IMG/VR virus record: IMGVR_UViG_2931680285_000001
Span: 31,011-95,010 of that record
From: a virus
Taxonomy: Duplodnaviria; Caudoviricetes
DNA length: 64,000 nucleotides
Strand: one strand, 5' to 3'
The notes under the pieces are model-generated. The model saw only the letters and a list, made by a program, of their open reading frames with translations, did not search any database and was not told where the DNA came from. This document shows positions 46,814-55,253 of this stretch, piece by piece (positions within the stretch are counted from its first letter, which is position 1; every line of letters starts with the position of its first letter). The translations under genes and the position numbers were made by a program.

Positions 46814-48312
46814 GTTCCAACGACCTCCGGCACCCTCTGGTCCAGCGCGTCTCGGACGAGGCCGCGCAGCCGCCTCCTCTCCGCCTCCACCCGAGCCCTC
46901 TGCTCGTGGTTCAAGAGGCTGTTCCGCGCCATCAGGACGTCGTCGATCTCGACGAGGAGAGCTTCCCGTAGATCGACGAGGGCCCCGGCGCGGTCTTCGG
47001 TGAGCACCACCTCCGCCCACTCTCCCGACAGGTCGCGCAGGAGCGCGGGCGCGTGCGGCCTGCCTGTAACCCTCGCGTGCAGCTCAGCCAACTCGGACCT
47101 GACCCTGGCGACGCCGCTCGCCATCTTGTCCAAAACGGCCCGCTCCTCCACGCGAGCGAGCTCACCGGCAACGCCGAGCGGCGCGTGCTGGACATGGACC
47201 CCTTGGAGAAGGGACTTCTTCGGGTCGGTGTGGGTGACGTGCGCGAGGGTCGCGGTGACCACTTGCTCAGGCAAGAGGACTCCGCGTTCGCACGCTGCCA
47301 GGACATGGTCGAGAGCCGCGCAGTGCCCGAAGTTGGTGAGCAGTTTGGCCGCCGCCCCGACACGCTCGCTGCCGTGAGATGCCACAACGCTGACGGGGAA
47401 CAGCTTCCCCGGTTTCATGGACCTCCCGGGCTTCTGCTGTCGAATCCAGGCGGTCATGGGGTCGATCTCGGCAATTTCGTCCCAGGTCCTCTGGACTGAC
47501 CGGTCTCCTGGGTAGAACCCGACCTTGCGCACGGCGCCGTCCGGTCCGGGGAAGAGTCGGACACGGCGGCTGGGCCAGGTGAGCAGATCCAAGCGCCCCG
47601 TGATCGGCCGCGCAGCGTGCGCGGGACCAGGGCTGGGCCGCTCCCAGGCTGGCGTGTCGCCGGGTGTCCGGGGAGCAGGCGGCAGCGAGAGCAGCAGCAT
47701 GTCCTTGACCGTGCCGGAAATCGTGAAGTGCGCGTGGGTGACCTGCGCGAGCATCCCCACCCGGTTTCCGGCCTTCCCGCGCGGGTCGTCGGGATGCGGG
47801 GTCTTCATGCCGGCGACGTCGTACCCGAGCATGACGAGGGCGGCGAGGAAGGCGTGGACGGGGGTCATGGGCGGGTGCTCGTCCACACCTCGCGCGAGTC
47901 GCCCATCGAAGAAGCCGCCCCCGCGTCCATAGCGGGAGATGTTGAGCACGCCGACGCTTTGAGTCGGTCGGGTCACGGCAGCGCACTGGAGGAACGGGTA
48001 CTCCGGGTGGAAGACGTCGAACCTGTCCTGCCACTGCTCGAAGTAGGCCAGGATGGGCGCGGTGTCCAAGGCGGGTGCCGTCCAGGCCCGATCCCACTGC
48101 GCCGTCGTGGTCGGTCCGGCGGCAGCGTCGTAGAGGGCAGCGATCAGCCGGAAGACGACCACTCCTTCCAGACCGCTGTGGGCGAGGTGAAGTTCCTCGG
48201 CCCGGTCGAACAGCTCGATCAGTCCGACCTCGCGAGCCTCGCCCGACCGCAGGTCCATCACGCTGATCCAAGGGTGAGTAAGCAGGTCCAGTTCCTGCCG
48301 TCCGCCGGTCAT
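46807..48312 (-). CDS. cas8e: Type I-E Cascade large subunit Cas8e (Cse1/CasA), orphan
   Basis: DLLTHPWISV, VGLIELF, FRLIAAL, DRFDVFHPEYPFLQ, YDVAGMKT..DDPR, LLLSL, DTPAWER, RLDLLTWPSRRVRL, DPMTAW: ordered actinobacterial Cse1 motifs. Confidence 0.88.
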   Translation of the reverse strand: MTGGRQELDLLTHPWISVMDLRSGEAREVGLIELFDRAEELHLAHSGLEGVVVFRLIAALYDAAAGPTTTAQWDRAWTAPALDTAPILAYFEQWQDRFDVFHPEYPFLQCAAVTRPTQSVGVLNISRYGRGGGFFDGRLARGVDEHPPMTPVHAFLAALVMLGYDVAGMKTPHPDDPRGKAGNRVGMLAQVTHAHFTISGTVKDMLLLSLPPAPRTPGDTPAWERPSPGPAHAARPITGRLDLLTWPSRRVRLFPGPDGAVRKVGFYPGDRSVQRTWDEIAEIDPMTAWIRQQKPGRSMKPGKLFPVSVVASHGSERVGAAAKLLTNFGHCAALDHVLAACERGVLLPEQVVTATLAHVTHTDPKKSLLQGVHVQHAPLGVAGELARVEERAVLDKMASGVARVRSELAELHARVTGRPHAPALLRDLSGEWAEVVLTEDRAGALVDLREALLVEIDDVLMARNSLLNHEQRARVEAERRRLRGLVRDALDQRVPEVVGTQ

Positions 48313-48638
48313 CCGTTCACATCCGCTTCCTGGTCCTCCAGGTCACGACGCTCGGCCAGGACGCGCTCGATGCCCTCCTCGGCCTCCGCGCGTAGGTGCT
48401 CCAGGACGTGCTCCTGGCTGAAGTTCTCGTCGAGGGCGTTCCACTGGGCTTCCACGCCGTCATCGGCGGAAGCCCCCAGCAGATCGACCAGGGCCTCCTG
48501 GCGGAGCACGATATTGGCGTGCCCTGCGTGAGCCGCAGGGCCGACGGTCAGACGTTCGTCCTCGTCGACGTAGAGCACAGGATCTTCTGCTGGCGAAGCG
48601 ACAAGAGCCGCGAGAGCCGCAATCGTGAGCTTGGGCAT
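48309..48638 (-). CDS. small highly acidic protein (109 aa), coupled to cas8e
   Basis: GGGAGG RBS; MPKLTIAAL...; ATGA overlap with cas8e start. Confidence 0.75.
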   Translation of the reverse strand: MPKLTIAALAALVASPAEDPVLYVDEDERLTVGPAAHAGHANIVLRQEALVDLLGASADDGVEAQWNALDENFSQEHVLEHLRAEAEEGIERVLAERRDLEDQEADVNG

Positions 48639-48715
48639 CGTGTGGGTGGTTCCTCCCTCTGCGGTGGGCGACGCACCACGAACTGGGGCATCGACAGGCC
48701 GCCTGGGCATCCACC

Positions 48716-48771
48716 AGGCGCATCCCCACACACGCGGGGAGCAGCAGAATCCCCGCGTGCGCGGGGAGGAA
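48716..48771 (-). CRISPR. two abutting type I-E CRISPR-like repeats with no spacer
   Basis: minus strand TTCCTCCCCGCGCACGCGGGGATTCTG (48771-48745) then CTGCTCCCCGCGTGTGTGGGGATGCGCCT (48744-48716); 27-nt period; 7-bp stems with 4-nt loops. Confidence 0.75.
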
Positions 48772-48862
48772 TCACAAGCCGATCGTACGGCCAAGGCCAG
48801 GTCGTGCGCCAGGAATCCGGATCGCCATCACCCCATGGGGACGCTGCCGCCCCAGGGCCGAC

Positions 48863-48894
48863 ACGCGACGCTAAGAACACCTCCTGTGCATGGT
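48863..48894 (+). promoter_or_regulatory. bipartite promoter-like motif copy
   Basis: ACGCGACGCTAA-N14-CATGGT, ATG 7 nt later. Confidence 0.7.
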
Positions 48895-48901
48895 CCGCAG
48901 C

Positions 48902-51900
48902 ATGGTGAAGATCCTCGACCCCGGGCCTGGTGGAGACCTGGCACGGCTCCTTGCCTCGTACGACAAGCGGCTCCAGGCGCTGGAACGGACGTCGCAGGCC
49001 GCGTACTCCTCCATCGAGGGCGGCTCGATGGACATCTACGACGAGACCGGCGAGCTGCGCGGCTCGGTCGGCGTCCAGCCAGACGGCGGCGTCGCCCTGG
49101 TCGCCGTGAACACCCCGCCGCCGCCGACCCCGACGCCCCCGTCGGTGGAGCCGGTCCTCGCCGGACTCGTCGTCGGGTGGGACGGCCAGTGGGACGACTC
49201 CTACACCACCCCGACGGACTTCTCGCTCGTCCAGGTCCACATCGGACCGTCGCCTGACTTCCTCCCGGACCTGAGTACCCACGTCGCGACGATCACGGCG
49301 CCCCTCGGCGGTACCGTCACCATCGCAGTCGACGGCTACACCCCTGTGTGGGTGCGGCTGATGGCAGCGAATACGGCGACGACCACAGGCCCGGCATCAG
49401 CGGCCGTGCAGGGAACCCCTCGACAGGCCGTCGAGCAGGACCTGATCGACGGCATCGTCACCGAGACGAAGCTGGCCCGGGACGCGGTCACCGAGACGAA
49501 GATCGCGCTGGGAGCGGTCGGGGCCACTGCTCTGGCGGCCGGCGCTGTTCTGGAGGACAAGCTCGCCAAGGCCGCCGTCACCCTGGACAAGATCGCCAAG
49601 GGTGCGGTGACCATGAACGCCTTGGGCGGGTCACTCGCCGACGGCGTGACCCAGAGGTACGTCGACGCGATGGCCGACCCCGCGGCGTGGCAGGTCCTCA
49701 ACCAGGCACCCGGAGCCCAGTTCGAGCACCTGCCCCTGGCGGATGCTCCGACGGGCCAGAGCGTCGGCCGCGCGACCGGGTACCTGGTGGTTCGCGGCAC
49801 CGTGCAGATCCCGTACGACCCCGATGTCCTGTACCGGATATCCGCCAGGGCCCGCACCACCAGCGGCTCAGCATCGGGCACCGACGCCCTGTACGTGGGC
49901 GCGCTCGGCATCGCCGCCGACGGAGTCACCCTCGTTTCCCGCCACGGGGCCAATACGTACAGCTCAGCCCACTACGTAGCCGCCTCGAACACGGTCCAAC
50001 CCGTCGGGGGTAACTGGACCACCTACATCGGCTACCTGCGTGGACGCGCGGCTCCCGACGGCCTCGGAACGCCTGGCGTCGCAGCCGATCCGCGTGCCCC
50101 TGGCGTTGTGCACGACGCCGTACGGTTCATCTCGCCGATCCTGTACCTGAACTACGGCAGCGGACAGTCCAGCGCCAGCGGCGTGATGGAGCTCGACGCC
50201 GTCACGGTCGAAGTCCTCAAGACCGGCGTGGTGGACTCGACGAACCTGGTCGTCGGATCGGTGACGACGGCAGCACTCGCCACCGATGCGGTCACGGCCG
50301 GGAAGATCGCTGCGGACGCGATCGGGGCCCGGGAGATCCAGGCCGGTGCCGTCACCGCCTTCGAATTGGCTGCCGGGTCCGTCTCTGCCGAGAAGCTGAC
50401 CGCGCTCGCCGTGACCGCCGACAAGATCGCGGCCAACGCGGTGACGGCCGAAAAGCTGACCGCCTTGTCGGTGACGGCCGAAAAGCTGGCTGCCCTGTCG
50501 GTGACGGCCGAGAAGATCGCGGCGTTGTCGGTGACGTCGGACAAGCTGGCCGCGAACTCGGTGGTGGCCTCCAAGATCTCTGCGGGCGCGATCGAAGCCA
50601 CCCACGTCAAGGCCGGAGCACTCACGGCCGATCGGCTCGCGCTCGGTGCTGACGGGAACATCATCGCCGACCCGGGCTTCGAGGGCGCCGTCACCGATCA
50701 GCGTGTGGCCACGGCCGCGAACTGGTCGATCACGACGGGGAACAACTCGCCGCGCGCCGTTAGGGTCGACGCGATCAGCGCGACCGCCGCTACCCGGGCG
50801 CTCACGCTTGCCGACCTGCCCGCGGTCCCCAACCAGCGGATGTGGTTCGGCGTCGACTATCTCGCCTCCGCCGACTGGGCCGGGTCCAGGATCAGCATCT
50901 ACGCCGAATGGCTCGGCGCAGATAGCGCGGTCATCGGCACGAGCGTCGTGACCACAGGCGACGGTGCCGCCGTACGCGGCACGTGGCAGCGCCTCACAGG
51001 AGTACCCGCAGAGGCCGCGCCTGCGAACACGACCCGGGTCCGCATCCGTATCGCGTCCGTCTCAGGGACAGCCGGTGGTGTCGCCTTCGACAACGTCTCC
51101 GCCCGCGTCGTGGTCTCCAGCGGAGCGGCTGGAGCTCGCGCGGAACTCTCTCCGCAGGGCCTTCAACTCTTCGACGACGCAGGCGACGAGGCCGTCGCCC
51201 TCATGACGGGTCGGCCCAACTACCTGTCGCTGTCCAACGGTGGCGTCGCTGTGGCCACGATCGACGAGACCGGCAACGCAGGATTCGGTGACCTCGCCGT
51301 GGCCGGCAAGCTCACCATCGGCGGTGACCCGATCGAACAGCACCTGACCCTGGGAGCCCGAGGCCTCGTCGCAATCGACTACCAGGCGAGCGCCGTCTCT
51401 GCCAGCACTACGGACTACGGCTTCGTGGAGCTCGCCTTCGAAGCCGAGGGCCCTCGCATGTACCGGGTGGTACTCGACTGCTACGCCGACCCGAGCGTGG
51501 CCGGCGGTGAACTCGTCCTCACGTTGCGGGATGGCGGCGCCTCGACGCCAACGATCTCGTCGAACCAGATCCAGTCCGCGATCTACCCCATCGCGGGGGC
51601 CGGGTATCACCGTGTTCGTCTGGAGACCGTCCGGTCCGGCTGGTCATTCGGTGTCGGACTGCGGCGGCTGCTCACCACGTTTCGTGTCCAGTCCGGCCCG
51701 GCGGGGCAGACCGTCCGGCTGTTCGGTGGCTCGAACCACCCGGGGGTCTTCTACATAGAGGACGTCGGACCGTACATCCCGGAGACCGGCCAGTACAACA
51801 CGGGCGGCGGCACGGCCACTCCTCCGGTTCAGCGGTACGTCAAGACGTACCCGGCCACGTGGTCGGGGTCCTACGCCAACCGCAGCTCGTACAACAGCTA

Positions 51901-52309
51901 CTACGGCAACAAAGCCATGCAGGGCTACTACAGCTCCACCAACGGAATGCAATCGAGCCTCATCGGCTTCTCCTCCGCGCTCGCCACGGATCTGACCGGC
52001 GCCACGATCAACAAAGCGGAGATTTACCTCTATTTCGACCATTGGTACAGCAACGCGGGTGGCAAGGCGGTCATCAAGGCCCACAAGCACACCAGCCGTC
52101 CGTCAACGTTCTCCTGCGACGCCGAGGCCATGACCGTCGACTGGGGCAAGAACGTCGGCAAATGGGTGGATATAACCGGCGTGTTCGACAGCACGAGCTG
52201 GCGAGGTATCGCCCTCGACCCCAACAACTCCAGCACCACGTACTACGGCCGCGCCCGCGGCTACGGCGAGACCTACCCGCCTCAACTGCGGGTCACCTAC
52301 ACCAAGTGA
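48902..52309 (+). CDS. tail fiber / host-specificity protein
   Basis: N-terminal FN3-like region, 10-aa VTAEKLAALS repeats, carbohydrate-binding-like domains, C-terminal PQLRVTY. Confidence 0.8.
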   Translation: MVKILDPGPGGDLARLLASYDKRLQALERTSQAAYSSIEGGSMDIYDETGELRGSVGVQPDGGVALVAVNTPPPPTPTPPSVEPVLAGLVVGWDGQWDDSYTTPTDFSLVQVHIGPSPDFLPDLSTHVATITAPLGGTVTIAVDGYTPVWVRLMAANTATTTGPASAAVQGTPRQAVEQDLIDGIVTETKLARDAVTETKIALGAVGATALAAGAVLEDKLAKAAVTLDKIAKGAVTMNALGGSLADGVTQRYVDAMADPAAWQVLNQAPGAQFEHLPLADAPTGQSVGRATGYLVVRGTVQIPYDPDVLYRISARARTTSGSASGTDALYVGALGIAADGVTLVSRHGANTYSSAHYVAASNTVQPVGGNWTTYIGYLRGRAAPDGLGTPGVAADPRAPGVVHDAVRFISPILYLNYGSGQSSASGVMELDAVTVEVLKTGVVDSTNLVVGSVTTAALATDAVTAGKIAADAIGAREIQAGAVTAFELAAGSVSAEKLTALAVTADKIAANAVTAEKLTALSVTAEKLAALSVTAEKIAALSVTSDKLAANSVVASKISAGAIEATHVKAGALTADRLALGADGNIIADPGFEGAVTDQRVATAANWSITTGNNSPRAVRVDAISATAATRALTLADLPAVPNQRMWFGVDYLASADWAGSRISIYAEWLGADSAVIGTSVVTTGDGAAVRGTWQRLTGVPAEAAPANTTRVRIRIASVSGTAGGVAFDNVSARVVVSSGAAGARAELSPQGLQLFDDAGDEAVALMTGRPNYLSLSNGGVAVATIDETGNAGFGDLAVAGKLTIGGDPIEQHLTLGARGLVAIDYQASAVSASTTDYGFVELAFEAEGPRMYRVVLDCYADPSVAGGELVLTLRDGGASTPTISSNQIQSAIYPIAGAGYHRVRLETVRSGWSFGVGLRRLLTTFRVQSGPAGQTVRLFGGSNHPGVFYIEDVGPYIPETGQYNTGGGTATPPVQRYVKTYPATWSGSYANRSSYNSYYGNKAMQGYYSSTNGMQSSLIGFSSALATDLTGATINKAEIYLYFDHWYSNAGGKAVIKAHKHTSRPSTFSCDAEAMTVDWGKNVGKWVDITGVFDSTSWRGIALDPNNSSTTYYGRARGYGETYPPQLRVTYTK
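50260..50640 (+). repeat. 30-bp (10-aa) tandem coding repeats
   Basis: GTGACGGCCGA(A/G)AAG repeated at 30-nt period. Confidence 0.8.
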
Positions 52310-52317
52310 GGAACCCA

Positions 52318-52671
52318 ATGCCCGTCTGCTCGCTCCTCGACGAGCACAACTACCTCGTCCGCAACGCCACCTTCGCCGCCCGGGTGCGCACCGCCTTCAC
52401 CCGTGTCGCGCGCGAAGTCCTGGCCGAGGACCCCACCACGGCCGGGTACCCGCTGCGCGTTTCTCTCGCCCGCAGCGTCCTCAACCCCAGCGACTTCACC
52501 AGCCCGGGCCTCGCGCCCGCCATCGCCGCCGATCCGATCGTCTCCGCCACGGCAGCCGCCGGCCACGATCCCGCCGACACGGACAGCGCCCAGGCCGCCG
52601 TCAGCGACGAGCAAATCCTCACCGCCGTCCGCGATGCCTGGAACAGCACGGCCGGGATCACCCCGGCATGA
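52318..52671 (+). CDS. hypothetical tail-associated protein
   Basis: GAGGA RBS; F.ARV...SDEQILTAVRDAWN. Confidence 0.65.
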   Translation: MPVCSLLDEHNYLVRNATFAARVRTAFTRVAREVLAEDPTTAGYPLRVSLARSVLNPSDFTSPGLAPAIAADPIVSATAAAGHDPADTDSAQAAVSDEQILTAVRDAWNSTAGITPA

Positions 52672-52680
52672 CGCAGCAGG

Positions 52681-52711
52681 ACGAGACGCAAGTCCGCGCA
52701 GGGTGCACCGT
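52681..52711 (+). promoter_or_regulatory. bipartite promoter-like motif copy (13-nt spacer)
   Basis: ACGAGACGCAAG-N13-CACCGT. Confidence 0.5.
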
Positions 52712-52792
52712 ACGTCCTGCGGGGAGCCGCGGGCCCGTTCCAGGCCCCGGCTCCCGCGCACCCACACTCGATCGATAGCCCAGGGAGTGCCA

Positions 52793-53209
52793 GTGGCAGG
52801 GCTCGTGTCGGCAGCACCCCTGCTCGCCCCCCTCTTCGGAATGATCGGCGTCCTCGGAGGCGCCTGGCTCGCCTATCGGCAGACCAAGCGGAAGAACGAC
52901 ACCGACGCGACCACCAGCGCGGTCAAGACCGTGACGGACGGATTCACCAGCCTGCTGGAGCAGCAGAGGGCCGTAGCCACCCAGACCCTGGACCGGATGG
53001 CCTCGCTGGAAGCGAAGTACTCCGACCTCGAACGCCGCGTCGAGGACCTACAGGAGGAGCAGCGCCAGTGGCGTCGATGGAAGGCGAGCGCGATCGAGTA
53101 CATCCACGACCTGCGTGGTCTCGTACGAACTGCGCTGGGCCGCACGGCCCCGGAGCCGCCTGCCGAGATCGCGGCGGACGTCGAGCAGCGCGAGACCGCA
53201 CGACCCTGA
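52793..53209 (+). CDS. membrane-anchored coiled-coil protein (lysis-associated)
   Basis: N-terminal TM, coiled coil, YIHDLR...PEPP. Confidence 0.7.
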   Translation: MAGLVSAAPLLAPLFGMIGVLGGAWLAYRQTKRKNDTDATTSAVKTVTDGFTSLLEQQRAVATQTLDRMASLEAKYSDLERRVEDLQEEQRQWRRWKASAIEYIHDLRGLVRTALGRTAPEPPAEIAADVEQRETARP

Positions 53210-53211
53210 GC

Positions 53212-53243
53212 ACAAGACGCAACCGTGTCCCGTCGTCCACGCT
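53212..53243 (+). promoter_or_regulatory. bipartite promoter-like motif copy (variant)
   Basis: ACAAGACGCAAC-N14-CACGCT. Confidence 0.5.
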
Positions 53244-53282
53244 CGCGCCCTTCCATCTCCATCATCGGAAAGGGCACACACC

Positions 53283-53603
53283 ATGTCGCTCGTCGACTCC
53301 CTCACCACCGGCGCCCAGGTCGGCGCCCTCCTGCCGCTGCTGACCGCGATCGTGCAGCGACCCGTCTGGTCGCCCCAGGTCAAGAAGATCGTCGCTGTCG
53401 TCCTCGCGCTCGTCGCCGGCGTCGTGACGGTCGCGGCGTCGGGTGGCTGGCAGCAGTTCCAGCACGGCTCGCTCACCTTCGCCACGATCATCGCCGTCCT
53501 CACCGTGTCGCAGAGCACCTACGACCTGCTGTGGAAGCCGACCCGGATCGCTCCGGTGATCGAACGCGCCACGACTCCCGCCAGCGCGAACGCCCCCGAG
53601 TAG
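53283..53603 (+). CDS. holin
   Basis: LLPLLTAIVQRPVWS..VK.IVAVVLA, three TM segments, YDLLWKP. Confidence 0.75.
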   Translation: MSLVDSLTTGAQVGALLPLLTAIVQRPVWSPQVKKIVAVVLALVAGVVTVAASGGWQQFQHGSLTFATIIAVLTVSQSTYDLLWKPTRIAPVIERATTPASANAPE

Positions 53604-53900
53604 GTCAGCGCGCGGGCCCGCCCAGGGCCGGCGGGTACCATTCGCTTTCAGGTGGCCGCCTCGCCGCCGATCTCACTGCGTTGAGGACTGCCTGTCGGTG
53701 CCTGGGAAGCCTTTCTTCTCCCGGGTCGGGCCGACGGGACAAACAGCCCGAGACCACGGCGCGCCGCGCAGGCGCGCAGGGCCGGGGAGCGGCTGCTCCT
53801 GCGATGAACCGGCACACGGAGTGGGGTCGGTTGCGAGGCGGCCACCGCCACTATCCCGAGCCGTATCTCGGGGCCGCCGCGACCAGGAGGAATCGTAGGG

Positions 53901-54731
53901 ATGGCCGAGCAGCCGCCTGCCGAGCAGGTATCGGCACAGGCCGAACGCCTGACGAAGATGACCCACCAGGCGTTCTACGACGCCTGGGTGTCCTTCGTCC
54001 GAGGCGAGACGGATCGTCGGGTCTCCCGCGATGTCCAGGCCGCGGCCTTCTGCGCTGCTGCGGTGGCCAGCCGCACCTTGGCCACAGCAAATCGCGCAGC
54101 CCGCGAGTTCAAGACGCTCCTGCCCAAGAGCCCGGACGAGACGAAGCGCGAGTACCAGGCCCGCATCAACACCTTCCGCGATCAGCTCAGGGCTGCCCGC
54201 CAGCCCGTAGAAGCCGCGGTCGAGGACCTGGCGCTCGACGAGGCCGAGTTCCTGCTCCAGCTCGACGACGAGGCGTTCGTCGAGGAGTGGCGCCAGTTCG
54301 TGGCGGACAGCGCCGGTCGTGGTCCGCGCGCCGGCCGCGACCTCGTACAGGGCCTCGCCTTCCGCAACCCTGAGGTCGCCCCGCGCACCTTCGCTCTTGC
54401 CGAGCGCATGATGAGCAACCCGCTCGCCTTCCTGCCGAAGGTGGAGGGCGAGTCGCGCAAGGCCCAGGAAGCCCGGGCATCGCAACTGTGCTCCCGACTC
54501 GAAGCCGAGTTGCGCTTCCTGCGGTACTCCCTGGACTACGCGGAGGCGCGCTGGGGCCGGTTGCCCTCGGCACCGAACCATCGGCTTCAGGCGATGCGGT
54601 TGCTCGCCGAGAACCACCCGGAGGAGTTCTCGCGGTTGCTCCACGCTGTCCGCGCCGACTCGCACCAGGCGCGCAAGGAGGCGCGCGAGCAGCGCCGCTT
54701 CGAGCGCCGGCACCCGCAACCGGCTTCCTGA
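53901..54731 (+). CDS. hypothetical helical protein with internal duplication
   Basis: AGGAGG RBS; two ~80-aa related units. Confidence 0.75.
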   Translation: MAEQPPAEQVSAQAERLTKMTHQAFYDAWVSFVRGETDRRVSRDVQAAAFCAAAVASRTLATANRAAREFKTLLPKSPDETKREYQARINTFRDQLRAARQPVEAAVEDLALDEAEFLLQLDDEAFVEEWRQFVADSAGRGPRAGRDLVQGLAFRNPEVAPRTFALAERMMSNPLAFLPKVEGESRKAQEARASQLCSRLEAELRFLRYSLDYAEARWGRLPSAPNHRLQAMRLLAENHPEEFSRLLHAVRADSHQARKEAREQRRFERRHPQPAS

Positions 54732-54744
54732 TCACCACGCGTAC

Positions 54745-54784
54745 ACCGAAGGGGCGCGCCCGCGATGAGGCGCGCCCCTTCGGT
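54745..54784. terminator. 16-bp stem terminator between convergent modules
   Basis: ACCGAAGGGGCGCGCC-N8-GGCGCGCCCCTTCGGT. Confidence 0.75.
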
Positions 54785-55253
54785 ATGTCCGCCTGGTTCG
54801 GGATGCGCAACCGACCCGGGACGCCCTCTTGCGGAATGGAGCGCAACGCGCCCGTTCTCGCAGGTCAGGTGGTTGCGCGCAACTGGTTGCTCTTGGGGTG
54901 GGCGGCTGATGGTGGCGCCGAGTTGCCGAGAGCCGGTACGGGGGCGCATCGGCGCGCCTCTGTCATCGGCCCGGTTGAGCGCGCCCGCCCGCGCCTGAAC
55001 GCTCGGGATCGCTCGGGCGCGTGCCGGCCGCCGCGTCGGGATCGCCCGCCTGGCCCCGGTTGCGGTGCGAACGGGCGGAGTGCGCTCCGGTGCGCAGCGA
55101 GCAGGGAACTCGGGCGCGCCCGGTGAGCAACCGTGCCTCGGGGCGCGCGGGCGGGGACGGCTGAGGCGCGCGCCTGCACGATCCGTAGATCACGAGGCGC
55201 GCGCCTCAGGTTCGACCGGCGCTCGCGGGTGCGCCGAGGTGTTGCGTGCCGGG

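Noticed and set aside
48640-48845. A full CRISPR array with further repeats (e.g. CCCCATGGGG at 48831, GTCGCCCACCGCAGAGGGAGG near 48652-48672)
   Set aside because: Not at a ~61-nt period and lacking the repeat stem; only two credible repeats
50260-50640. 30-bp periodic repeats as CRISPR or DGR
   Set aside because: In-frame fiber repeats; no unique spacers and no reverse transcriptase
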